Origin: Octopus bimaculoides
Lineage: Eukaryota
DNA length: 52,292 bases
Direction: 5' to 3'
Assembly: GCF_001194135.2 (NCBI RefSeq)
Contig: NC_068982.1
Span: 180,992,023 to 181,044,314, forward strand
A model generated the notes under the pieces. That model saw nothing but the letters and a program-made list of their open reading frames with translations. It searched no databases and had not been told where the DNA came from. Position 1 is the first letter of the stretch, and each line of letters begins with the position of its first letter. Of this stretch, positions 25,431 to 37,740 are shown in pieces. The position numbers and the translations under genes are program-made.

Positions 25431-26379
25431 ACGTTCCTTGCATGGCTCTTCTCCCCCACCTGCCATGGTCCAATCAAGAGTTTTGATGGCACATATATAT
25501 ACATATATATATACACATATATATATGTATGTATATGTGTGTGGGGGGGTGTAGCATTCTTTACTCGTTGCTTGACACTAAAATTCAACCTAATATTTCA
25601 TGTATTAGCTCTCATCGTCTCTCTTTTTTTACCGCCCCTCATCTTCTCACTTTTTTCAGGTAAGGAGTCACGGGAGAGTTAAACAAACACTTAACATTGA
25701 TATCGGCTATTATTATACGGCGGTGATTCATTTTAGTTCAATAAACCGCATGATTTACACATTTTATACAACTATCACACACATTCTAGAAGTGCAATAT
25801 CTAGAATGGTGCACCTGAAAAGTGCGCACGGCATGGTATTAATCAAATCCTTTGGATATCTATATGAGTTTATTTCTATAAATTATATGAAGTCGCAGTC
25901 ATAACGGCAGGAAATTTTCAGGTGCTGTTTTATACAATACACTGAAAGATCCCATGCTGAAATTTAAATATTTGTTACTGTTTCAATATAAAATAATTAA
26001 TCGCCTTTGTATATTTTAATCTATTCATTCTCTCTCACACAAACACTCACTGGTCTCATATCTTTCTGAATATATTTCATGCATCTTCGAAACAACATCA
26101 TACTGCAAAATGGCTCTATGGATTTTTATTTTTCCTAATAATTATATTTTTCGTTCATTGTCGCAAAGTAATATATGGATATATAGAGGAAGAAAGAGTG
26201 GGGAAGAGAGACAGAGAGGGAGAAGAACAGAGAGACACACTGAGAAGGACAATCTGATGGATGGGAAAGATGAAAAGAGCAAAAACAGAAGCGTGCAACT
26301 GTGCACATATGCATATATACATGAATATACACACACACACGCACGCACGCACACACACACGAAATCATATGTAATCCAC

Positions 26380-26580
26380 ACACACAGTTACTACCACACA
26401 CAGACACACAGAGTTACTGCCACACACACATACACACACACACGAAGTTACTGCTACACACACACGCGCTACCATACATACATATATCCAGTCACACACA
26501 CACACACACACACGCACACACAGAGGTAGTTACTGCTACACACATACGCTATCATACATATACTCACTCACACACGTATC
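26380..26580. repeat. (CA)n-embedded minisatellite with recurring AGTTACT(A/G)C unit
   Basis: AGTTACTAC/AGTTACTGC occurs four times; a larger block near 26444-26495 is duplicated near 26528-26575. Confidence 0.75.
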
Positions 26581-28924
26581 CCGATCGTCTACACACTCTC
26601 CTGTCCCAGAAACCACTGTCAGTCACTTTAGAAATGTAACCACATATGTACAGTTGGCGATTTTGTCTTATTTTCTCCTGTATCTTTGTATTTTATTGTG
26701 TTCGACGAAAAGTTATGCTCGAAACATTAACAACTGTCTCCTTTCACCGAGCGTCCATTTTCCTGTGCACGTCCGTACGTTTGCTTTTTTCTGCTTTTCG
26801 GTTTAAAAATTGTTTGTTTATTTGAATTAAATATATAAAAGTGTGTGTGTGNNNNNNNNNNNNNNNNNNNNNNNNNNNNNNNNNNNNNNNNNNNNNNNNN
26901 NNNNNNNNNNNNNNNNNNNNNNNNNNNNNNNNNNNNNNNNNNNNNNNNNNNNNNNNNNNNNNNNNNNNNNNNNNNNNNNNNNNNNNNNNNNNNNNNNNNN
27001 NNNNNNNNNNNNNNNNNNNNNNNNNNNNNNNNNNNNNNNNNNNNNNNNNNNNNNNNNNNNNNNNNNNNNNNNNNNNNNNNNNNNNNNNNNNNNNNNNNNN
27101 NNNNNNNNNNNNNNNNNNNNNNNNNNNNNNNNNNNNNNNNNNNNNNNNNNNNNNNNNNNNNNNNNNNNNNNNNNNNNNNNNNNNNNNNNNNNNNNNNNNN
27201 NNNNNNNNNNNNNNNNNNNNNNNNNNNNNNNNNNNNNNNNNNNNNNNNNNNNNNNNNNNNNNNNNNNNNNNNNNNNNNNNNNNNNNNNNNNNNNNNNNNN
27301 NNNNNNNNNNNNNNNNNNNNNNNNNNNNNNNNNNNNNNNNNNNNNNNNNNNNNNNNNNNNNNNNNNNNNNNNNNNNNNNNNNNNNNNNNNNNNNNNNNNN
27401 NNNNNNNNNNNNNNNNNNNNNNNNNNNNNNNNNNNNNNNNNNNNNNNNNNNNNNNNNNNNNNNNNNNNNNNNNNNNNNNNNNNNNNNNNNNNNNNNNNNN
27501 NNNNNNNNNNNNNNNNNNNNNNNNNNNNNNNNNNNNNNNNNNNNNNNNNNNNNNNNNNNNNNNNNNNNNNNNNNNNNNNNNNNNNNNNNNNNNNNNNNNN
27601 NNNNNNNNNNNNNNNNNNNNNNNNNNNNNNNNNNNNNNNNNNNNNNNNNNNNNNNNNNNNNNNNNNNNNNNNNNNNNNNNNNNNNNNNNNNNNNNNNNNN
27701 NNNNNNNNNNNNNNNNNNNNNNNNNNNNNNNNNNNNNNNNNNNNNNNNNNNNNNNNNNNNNNNNNNNNNNNNNNNNNNNNNNNNNNNNNNNNNNNNNNNN
27801 NNNNNNNNNNNNNNNNNNNNNNNNNNNNNNNNNNAGAAACAGTACCATACTGAGATCTTTGTGGTTTCCTTTCACAATTTACAATTTAATTAAAAAGCTA
27901 TTAGCCTTTAAAATTTGCAAAATTTGGGTATTTTAGCCAATCAGAAGCGAGTATTTTACACAAAACCGTGGCTAAAATTTCTATTTCCTTAGTAACTAAA
28001 GATGCTGAGCATGTGCACAAGGAGGAGAATTATCTTTCTTGTATCTCACGAGAAAAATAATTCGTTTTATGAAATCTTTTGTTCTTGAATCTTTTAAAGT
28101 AATACCTGTCTGTTTTAAGCAATGTTTTGACTGCTATTTCTAGCGACTCTTGTTGGTTTCTTTGTTCGTAGCTTTAATTTCCTCGCGAATTTTTTAATGT
28201 TAACATTGCTCATGCATATTTTAATGTTTGACTGTTATTTCTAGCAGTGTTTTGAAATTCCAATGCCCCCCTCCCCGATGAGGGAAGTGGCAGCTAACGC
28301 GCTGCATTCTGATTGGCTGAAAATTCTGCAAATGGTCAAACTTTGAACATCTGTAACATTTTTGCAAAAACATTTCTGGAATACATGAAAAATCAATTGT
28401 GATTCGGTAACAAAACTTACATCTATATGATACATTAAATAATTTTTTTAAAGGTAATCGGAAATAGTGACGAAAACCATGAAGATCCATGTACGGTATA
28501 TTTATTTTGTTATTTTAATAACTTGTATATATATTTTTTATTATAAATGCAAAACAACACCACGGAGGAATCGACATAAGCTTAAATAATAAACCACGAT
28601 AGACGAACCGCGATATGGCGAGGGATTACTCGATGATATAAAACAATATAGATGATTGCAGAGTGACGTACTCACGTCAGTGCAATCTATTAGCAACTTC
28701 AAAGCAATTGCTGGCGATGCGTCTAAAATAGAGGCCAATTACAGCTTTATTTATTAGTGGGACTACTGAAAAATGTTTTAGGAGAAGCAAAAATAGAAGA
28801 CTGTCTTTTATTCCTCAATATCCTATAATTGTTTTTGTTTTTTCCTACATGTGCAACATTCATTTCATTTACATGTCCTTAGTCAACATATTCACTTCAG
28901 ACATATCCAGCATAGATTATTCTT

Positions 28925-29269
28925 GGTATCAACGGAACAGCCTGCTCGTGAACTTAGCGTGCAAGTGGCTGAGAACTCCACAGACACGTGTACTCTTAAC
29001 GTAATCCTCAGGGATATTCAGCGTGACACAGTGTGACAAGGCTGGCCCTTTGAATTAGAGACACAAGAGAAACAGGGAGTAAGAGTAAGAGTGAGAGAAA
29101 GTTGTGGTGAAAGAGTACAGCAGGGTTCACCACCATCTCCCGTCGGAGACTCGTAGAGCTTTAGGTGTTTTCGCTCAATAAACACCCACAATACCCGGTC
29201 TGGGAATCGAAACCGCGATCCTATGACCGCGAGTCCACTGCCCTAACCATTGGGCCATTGCGCCTCCAC
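28925..29269 (-). mobile_element. tRNA(Arg-like)-derived SINE, family C
   Basis: Reverse complement GTGGAGGCGCAATGGCCCAATGGTTAGGGCAG..GGTTTCGATTCCCAG (A and B boxes) followed by about 250 nt of non-tRNA body. Confidence 0.8.
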
Positions 29270-30049
29270 TCCAGCATAAATTATAGTAATGAACGTTCAT
29301 ACATTATTACAAGGAAAAATGCGAGCAAGAGAAAGGATATTCTTATGATTATAAACCTGTAAAAATACAGGACAAATTATTACACTTGGAAAAGTTCAGG
29401 ACAACTTATGACATCTCGTAAAGTACAGAACAAAAGAATTTTTACTTAAAATATTGCAGCTTAGGATAACATTTCAAATAAAATATTTACACTTAGAAAA
29501 TATTAGCTTTTAGTAAGAGTAAACATTTTATTACAAGTTACTGCTTCTATTTCTTATTACTTCTTACTTCTATTAAATATAAAAATAAAACTCAAATAAA
29601 ATATCTTTTGCACTTTAATTCATTTTAAACATTTTTACTTAATAATTAGTAATCTGAAAATAAGTTATAAAAAATAATAGTAGTACATCATTGGTTAGTA
29701 CAACTAATGGTATAATACAAAAATTAGTTTTATATTACAATAAAATCTACATATAACAACACATTCACATTAAAATTTGCTTGTTGTTACCAAATCTTCC
29801 CAAATCTTCATATTTTTAATCTTGATCCAATGTCTATATTTTACATAATAAATTTGCATTCAATATATACTATTTTACTTTGCATAAATCTTCATCTATA
29901 CATTGTACTTCTAGATCTCATTTTTTAAGCATTTTAGTGTGTCAATATTTTATCAAAGTCATGCTACCATTTTAATCATAACGTTACTTTTTATAAATTA
30001 AAATCAAATATTTTTTCACAGTTCTACATTTAAGAGACAAGGAATTATG

Positions 30050-30135
30050 TACATCATTTACATTATTTACATTTGACGGATATTTGTCCTCATCTTGTTT
30101 GTTGTTACCACAACGTTTTGGCTGATATACGCTCC
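30050..30135 (-). repeat. Inverted duplication of the 3' end of the adjacent hammerhead-tailed retroposon
   Basis: Reverse complement of 30057-30135 aligns ungapped to 30306-30384 with 8 mismatches in 79 nt (counted by eye). Confidence 0.9.
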
Positions 30136-30385
30136 CACGGGCATATGGCGTAGTGGTTAAGAGCGCAGGCTACAAACTCCAAGATTCCGAGCTCGATTGC
30201 AGGCTGTGACCTGAATGATAATAATAATAATAATAGTTACATCGAAAAATATCTTAGGAATGAGAACCCAGGTTCGAAATTTCCCCAAGACACCTGATGA
30301 AGGCTGGAGAGTATATCAGCCGAAACGTTGTGTTAACAACAAAGAAAATGAGGACAAATAACCGTGAAATGTAAATAAAGTAAAC
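30134..30385 (+). mobile_element. tRNA-headed SINE-like retroposon with (AAT)n spacer and hammerhead-containing 3' tail
   Basis: A box TGGCGTAGTGG 30146-56, degenerate B box GCTCGATTGC 30191-200, (AAT)n about 30214-234, second B-box-like GGTTCGAAAT 30271-80, hammerhead core 30289-30334, tail ending in TGTAAATAA-type repeats. Confidence 0.85.
30289..30334 (+). ncRNA. Minimal type-I hammerhead ribozyme (PLE-type)
   Basis: Stem I GACAC(30289-93)/GTGTT(30330-34); core CTGATGA 30294-300 plus one extra A; stem II GGCTG(30302-06)/CAGCC(30317-21); GAAA 30322-25; palindromic ACGT replacing stem III; predicted cleavage after GUU at 30329. Confidence 0.75.
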
Positions 30386-33300
30386 AATTTTAAAATTCAA
30401 ATTTGAGTTGTAGCTGCAATATTCTATGTAAAAATTATCTTATTCTGTACTTTACTAGATGTACTAAGTTGTCCCGATCTTTTCCAAGTGTAATAACTTG
30501 TCCTGTAATTTTCCACGTTCATAATTTTAAGAATATTATGTTTCTTGCTCGAATTTTTCCATATAATCCCTAATTTTCCAGACTATGCTATTATGGTAAT
30601 TAATAATGTGTCAAATGTGTCAATTAGCGGTGTCTTTGATAATTTTTTCCTCACCTCAATGACACCGGTGACATATATTAAAAGTTCCCTTATGAGACTA
30701 TATTCATGAAATAGGTATGGAACTATATTATCACCCTCAAATTTGAGAAACAAACACTCATAACTTTTTATTTTACAACTTCGTTGCATGCGATTGATAC
30801 CATGAAATTCCTCGAATTGAGCTCTATCATTAAAGTTAAATTAAAATACTGTTTGTATTTAAAAAAAAAAAAAATAATTATACTTAAATCCAATTTTTTG
30901 CTTTGCTTATATTTTTCCCTGATATTTTACCTCACAACTTTTTGATACAAATTATTGTTGCATGGGACCAAAACTACGAAATTCTTCATGATTTCTTCTA
31001 TCCTTGAAGCGAAGATAAATATATTTTGCTTTTAAAATAAAAAAAAGTTATTTAGATCTAAACTTGATTAGAGGCGTTACTTACTCTTCTAGAACGTTGC
31101 TACAAATTTTGATGTAACCTTTTTTAGTACTAGATCAAATCTCAATTTGTTGTTTCAAAATATAGCTAGGCTCCAGTCCTCTTCAAAAATGTTAGCAGCT
31201 TTCAATTTGGTTAAGAACTGAATTAGCGACAAGCTCTGAAAAATGCTGCATGTGAGTAAATTGCTCCCTTAAGAATATTATTCAACTACTACCGTAGTTG
31301 AATGATATCTTATTTAACTGTCTTCTTTTATTCTATTTAGTTTATTCTCAGATATTCTCACATTTCTAATATGATTTTATTGTGTTTTTACTTCTACGTA
31401 AGAAAATTACCGTCAACCTAATATTTGCAACTGCAACAAAATACGTTTACATCACAGAAAAGTGAAATGCATGCAATTTTTTTTTTTTTAATTCTGGCAT
31501 CGTTCGTTTTCGATGGCATATCATTAAATATTAATTTTCTTTCATTACGCACAGAAATAAACAGTAAGGGGATGGTTAGAATTAAATGAATCACACCCGA
31601 AATAGTATAAATACTTAATAAAACGTAAAAATTATATTCTGAATTTTAAAGTTTTTTTTGTACATATTCTGCGTGTGAATAATAGTCAAAATGTCTCAGC
31701 AGAATAAAACATAGGATAGAATAGAAATATGTCCGTACGAAGACCGCTAATGAATCACTGAGTATTTGTCAAAAAACGGCAAACATGGTATTGTCTAATT
31801 TAATTCTCATACAACAACGTTGACTTTGATGAATATGAGAAGACTTCGCCATGGTTGAAGCAACCTCTCTCTTCATCTAATACCCAGTAAACACTAAAAC
31901 TTTTAATATTTATTCAGCTTGTTTTATTTCGTAACGACATGAAGCCTTTGTATATTTCGCCATGTTTCTTTTTTACAAAGGTTTAACTCACAATCCTTTG
32001 AATTATCACTCAGAATAGATTTATTAATTGAAATATGAAATTGAACACCTGCGGTCGATGTTGCTGTTGTTATTTATTTCTACGTTTAGAGTCATTGAGT
32101 ATGTTTATTAATAAAACACATTCTAGTCAGGACGATCCCGCCACATTGTATATAATTAACTGCATTCTGAAGTGAACCAACATTTATTTATGAGATTAGT
32201 GTGTGAGCTGTTGGAGATTTGGCAGTTATTTAATGGTGATGGTTCAAATACGTGAATATGTTTTCATTAGATATTTTTAAATTACTTCCTCAGCAAATGC
32301 TTTAATACTGAAACGTCTCTTACAAATCCATGTGTAGCTACTTCTTATGTTGCCATTTGTTCTATTTCAGATAACCATAGCTATTGCACAAGTATAAAAC
32401 ATAAGCAAATAATATTTGCTAACTATGTGTTGCAGGTGTCACCCTATGAGTTAATTCCCACGAAAATTCTGAACAATAACCTCGGTACAAACATCTATTA
32501 CTACAAAGAAACACATTCGAAGGAAATATAGACTAATCAGCGTATCGAATAATTATCAGATTTATTGCTTTGATTGCATGCGGCACATCGTTTCCTCATC
32601 ATATATGTTGTAATTTACGTTCGATAATCTAAACATCAAATTGTATATACACATCCATGTATGTATGTATGTATGTATGTATGTATGTATGTATGTATGT
32701 ATAAATCTATGCATATGTGTATCTATGGCCGCAGTCAATTGAATGAAATATGTAAAAAAGTAAAAATAATATATACATATATAGATTATCCGCAATTTAG
32801 AATCCAAGAGGCACAAACACAAGCATCACTAAAGTGAAGTTGTACCTTACATTGTAGCGATAGAATAAAGAGCCATACCATATACTGGCTTTCTTCTCCC
32901 ATTTATTTGCTGCATATAAATTGTATTTTATAATGTGAGTTTCGAGGGATAAATAATCCCGGCGGATACCGCTGTGGCTCTTAGTTATGTTCCTGATTAC
33001 AGCTAACCTCATCAATCAGTATTTAATATCTATGACTACTGTTAGCTGTCAGTCACTCTCAAATTTCCCCATGAGTATTTTCGTACTTGCTTCAATGGAT
33101 GGTATTTTCTGGAGTATATATTAGCAATAATTATATCTATATAGGACATGGAAGCTTGTTCTTACTGAAATTTCTTTCCTGTTATTGTAAAGTTTTGTAC
33201 AATATATTATTATTATTATCTTTATGACGTACATGTCTTACTAGTTCACAGATTACGGGCTGTTGCAGATAAAACTTTGCATGATATTCTGTGCAGCCTC

Positions 33301-34401
33301 ATTCATTAAGGTTTATCCATTTAGTTAGTTTTGAAGCGAACTTGGTGGAGTTAATTGTTTCTTTAGTTAGTGTTTAGGTGGTGGGGATTATTTAGAAGAT
33401 GAAATCTGATCCGTGTGTAGGCTTGTGTGGTTGACCTAAAATTCACAACAGTTGCTGTCCTAATTAGGTCAAGGTTGATGCTTTCGCAGGGCTCCTTGTT
33501 TATTTGTTGGTTGGCTACTCTGTAGTTTTAATTTCATGAGTAGTGCTTGCAGTGTAAAGTCCTTAGTTGCTCATATATTCAATTTTGTGGCTGTATAGTA
33601 TATGCTTTGTGACATATAGTTATTTAAAGGTTAATGTAAACGTTATCATATAACTCAGTACGTCTGTTTAGAAAGGATAGATAAGTTTATTAAATAAAAT
33701 ATGTGAATCTAAACCCGTTATCTGAATAAGGTTTCTTGTAAAATTGTGAATGCGTGACTGAAGGAAAAACATCAAATTATTTGGAGGAATGAAAGAAAAT
33801 ATTTTCTAGATTGCCATTAAATCAAGGTAATTGAAACTAAAGAAACAAAACAAAAACAAGCAAAACAAAAAAGAAACAAAATAAAGAAACTATAAATAAT
33901 GGTTCCTAGTGGAAGTTCCCCGTAAACGAGTTCAGTATTACGATATACCTAAGAAAAGTAGTTGAAATCAGAATGAATAAAATGAACAGGGTTGTAATAA
34001 GTAAATAAACGATGAATGGATAAATAAATGTTTTAAGACATAAGGAAATCGTGAAATATTTTTTTCAAATGAGTGTTTAAATGATTAATGTATTGCCAAG
34101 ACGCTACACGAGTTAAGAGTCTTTAATAATTAAAAAAGAATATTTTTGTAAAATGTTTTAAGCGATGTAATTTCTTATTATTGAATACATAATTTGTGAA
34201 ATATATTTAATTTTGAAGAAAATAACTGTGCATATACAACAATTTACCAACCTCCTAGGCAGGCGCGGCGCAAATTTTCTACATGTTTTATTTACTTTTG
34301 AATTGCAGGATATGCCAAGAACGAACATCCAGTGCAAAAAACTGACCACTGCTGTTTGGAGAATGCCAGTACTGAAGCCATGAGTATTTCATATTTCGAG
34401 G

Positions 34402-34455
<54 letters not shown>

Positions 34456-34683
34456 GTGTGTGTGTGAGAGAAAGAATGAGAGAACGAGAAAGAGAAAGAG
34501 AACGTAAAAGAGAGATAAAGAGAAGGAAAGAGAGAGAGAGAGAGAAATNNNNNNNNNNNNNNNNNNNNNNNNNNNNNNNNNNNNNNNNNNNNNNNNNNNN
34601 NNNNNNNNNNNNNNNNNNNNNNNNNNNNNNNNNNNNNNNNNNNNNNNNNNNNNNNNNNNNNNNNNNNNNNNNNNNNNNNAGAG

Positions 34684-34730
<47 letters not shown>

Positions 34731-34999
34731 AAATGGAGATAAAAATTCAGATATTTGTCACGAGAGTGTAACAAATGGAAGTGAGCAAGACATTGTTAAT
34801 AAGTTTATGGTCTACTGATTACTAAATATATATGCATATTTTCTTCAATATTTAAATCTTTAAAAAATTATATTCTCTTTGTAACGAAGGTACCAGTTTT
34901 TAAACAGAGATACAAAGATTTCTCGTTTGGATGTATTTTACCAAACATATGTTGCATGTTGAAATTGAGAAAAGTTTTGCATAGTCTTTACAGTTCATG

Positions 35000-35367
35000 C
35001 ATACATAATCCATGACTTCACAATCGGGAGGCTGAGGAGGCTATAAATTGGGGCTACCGATGTCGTAGAAAGTTTGCGACAACACACTTTTATTTCCGGA
35101 GTTATAGCGAAGAACTGGATCATGTTACCACACACATGGACTTCCAGCCACTATCTTCTCTATCTAGTTTGTAATACAGCCTCCATAGCCGTCATAATTG
35201 AGCGGGACAGCAAGACGTCACACTAACTAGGGACACTCCCGAAGGCCATCACAGTGTGGAGGAAATTGGCTCCATGATATGTGACAGATCACATGGATTG
35301 TAGGCAAGCAGCCTTTTACTCTGGGTATTGTAGAACTGGTCCTGGGATATATACATATAATTTTGCC

Positions 35368-35405
<38 letters not shown>

Positions 35406-35990
35406 NNNNNNNNNNNNNNNNNNNNNNNNNNNNNNNNNNNNNNNNNNNNNNNNNNNNNNNNNNNNNNNNNNNNNNNNNNNNNNNNNNNNNNNNNNNNNNN
35501 NNNNNNNNNNNNNNNNNNNNNNNNNNNNNNNNNNNNNNNNNNNNNNNNNNNNNNNNNNNNNNNNNNNNNNNNNNNNNNNNNNNNNNNNNNNNNNNNNNNN
35601 NNNNNNNNNNNNNNNNNNNNNNNNNNNNNNNNNNNNNNNNNNNNNNNNNNNNNNNNNNNNNNNNNNNNNNNNNNNNNNNNNNNNNNNNNNNNNNNNNNNN
35701 NNNNNNNNNNNNNNNNNNNNNNNNNNNNNNNNNNNNNNNNNNNNNNNNNNNNNNNNNNNNNNNNNNNNNNNNNNNNNNNNNNNNNNNNNNNNNNNNNNNN
35801 NNNNNNNNNNGACGAAATGACCAAGCATATGACAGGGCGAAGGAGCTCAGGTGAGTCAATGGCCATCCCATTATGTGTATATATGCAATATTCCGTGCAG
35901 TTATCTCCAGGGCTTAGAGAAAGTGTGTTGCATTCTGAGGACGCAGTAAATTCGCTGTGAATGAGGGACCTATGATCTTTGCCTAGGCAT
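35000..35990 (-). mobile_element. Possible Tc1/mariner-superfamily relic split by (TA)n and a gap
   Basis: Minus strand near 35860 has WP..SPEL (cf. WPxxSPDL) and, after the gap, KAKLYVY..E*KAA (cf. LKxKVY..L.ELKAA). Weak. Confidence 0.25.
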
Positions 35991-36533
35991 CCCTCTAACA
36001 GAAGGATAAATATTATATAAAGCCCACTGATCGACTAAGCCAGGTAACTTGAAATTTCCTTGCCTCTGGGATTCTCATGATTACTAGTATTAGTCACTGT
36101 GGTTTGTGCAAGCTGCACTCGACGTAAAACACTTGCACAGACATTGCCGTTACATCTGTCAGCTATGTGCATGTGTCTCTGTGTGTTTCTGTGTACATAC
36201 ATACTGAGAAATCTGCAGCTACTCTATCCACATTACAATCTCATGTTTATACCTGCCATTATTGGGGCACTGTGCTATATAACACACTGTCTAAATAGCA
36301 ACCTTGAGAAATTAAGCTTCTCAAAATCAGAAAGGAGAAAGCTGATTGGAAGCGTAAAGATTCACCTCATCACTCGAACTGTAAAACATTGTAAACGCTT
36401 CCAGAAATTTATCATTTAAGTAAGATGAGCATGTTTAGATATATGAAAAGTGTTGAACCTTCGAGGCCTTTGAACCTTGAAGTCATGTACTATGTTTTGT
36501 TTTTTTGAGGCTCAAGACTTTACATACACCCCC

Positions 36534-36596
<63 letters not shown>

Positions 36597-36779
36597 AGCA
36601 CTTACTTATATGCATTTGCACTCACACATACAAACACACATCCATATCTTCACAAATCATTCTGTATTTCAACATTACCGTCACTGTTGCTCTCTGTTCT
36701 TAAATAGTCAATATCATCAATAATTAATCGTTTCATATTTTTTTAATACACGGGCTATGAATTCTGTTTATAACACTGT

Positions 36780-37740
36780 TCATAATAACTTCTACACACT
36801 GGCACACCTGTGGAATATTAAGCAACTTTTGTAGGTTTGATGCAGAGTCCCCAGCAGTTCTCATCTTGTTCTATTACTTTTGCAAAACGTATATGAATGT
36901 TGTGCTGGTGTAAACATCCGATGTTTTTAGCTGCGATGTTAATTCCAAGCAATTTTCCTTTCATTGTTGCCTTTGTTGCATGGACTTGCAATACATTCAA
37001 TTCTAGTAATGTTATATTTTCGAAAGGTGTCCCGGACTTCCTGGCCAGTTTTAATTGCACTACCTTCGAACATTCAAAGCCTTTGGTGATGAATGTGAAT
37101 CATAAACTAGATATAAAATATCCCGTTAACTTTCTTTTAAAGTTAAGTAAATGTGAAAGATTGTTGTGCCTGGTGATAGACCAAAACAACATGATAGTAA
37201 ATTTTATCAAATTTATTTGCAATTACACTCACTGTCTTTAATCTCAACAAATTCATATATGTAATGAAACTTTGGCGGCATATAATTCAATTTGACTGTT
37301 TGCACAACCTCATAATTTGTTTTCTTCGTGGCTATGGTTACATATTTCTGAAACATGATTAATTTTCTACCTTCTCTTCACCAAATGTTATCATCCACAC
37401 CAAAAGGAATATATTTCGGTATTGGAATATTTCTTAATCTCCTTTAGATGGGATTAAATCCACCATATTTTGTTTTTTACGTGTCTTTAATTTTATGGTT
37501 TCTCGCAGTAGTGGAAATATCCCTTCTTTGCGACGATATTCATGTATCTTATGCCTTCTTATTATCATTTGTTTATTTATCCCACTTCGCAAAATTTTCC
37601 GGTTTTTGTGTTCCATATTAATTCTCATCTTCCCTGATTCCATGTTATATTCAAAATTGTGTATTCTGTACCGTATTTTGTATAAATATTTTTCTTCTAT
37701 TGAATGTCCGTTATGTAATGGCGGCTAAAATTGTTTGCTC
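36780..37740 (-). mobile_element. Degraded piggyBac-like transposase relic
   Basis: DLIPSKG..IP..KYIPFGV (cf. DE.MIPFKG..YIPNKP.K.G.K) and EQDENCWGLCIKPTK (cf. DQ..SYY..). Frameshifted; no TIR/TTAA resolved. Confidence 0.4.

Larger units (their letters stand above)
29313..30560. mobile_element. Non-autonomous foldback/MITE with about 150-bp terminal inverted repeats
   Basis: 29313-29461 is the imperfect reverse complement of 30412-30560 (e.g. CAGGACAAATTATTACACTTGGAAAAG versus CTTTTCCAAGTGTAATAACTTGTCCTG). AT-rich non-coding interior; outer ends and TSD not resolved. Confidence 0.8.

Noticed and set aside
26330-26600. Repeat-spacer-like pattern reminiscent of a CRISPR array
   Set aside because: Units are 9-12 nt separated by CA microsatellite, in eukaryotic context with no cas genes.
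29195-29269. Possible tRNA-Arg gene on the minus strand
   Set aside because: The cloverleaf is imperfect and it continues into a SINE body, so it is treated as a SINE head.
30138-30212. Possible functional tRNA gene; the anticodon arm GCAGGCTACAAAC superficially resembles tRNA-Sec
   Set aside because: Degenerate B box, poor acceptor and anticodon stem pairing, no long variable arm, and embedded in a retroposon body.
30655-30735. Additional exon candidate GDNIVPYLFHEYSLIRELLIYVTGVIE with a good GTGAGG donor
   Set aside because: The acceptor would be the rare GAG with a weak pyrimidine tract.
32830-33560. Possible LINE RT relics here and at 24450-24700
   Set aside because: Motif similarity too weak to support by eye.
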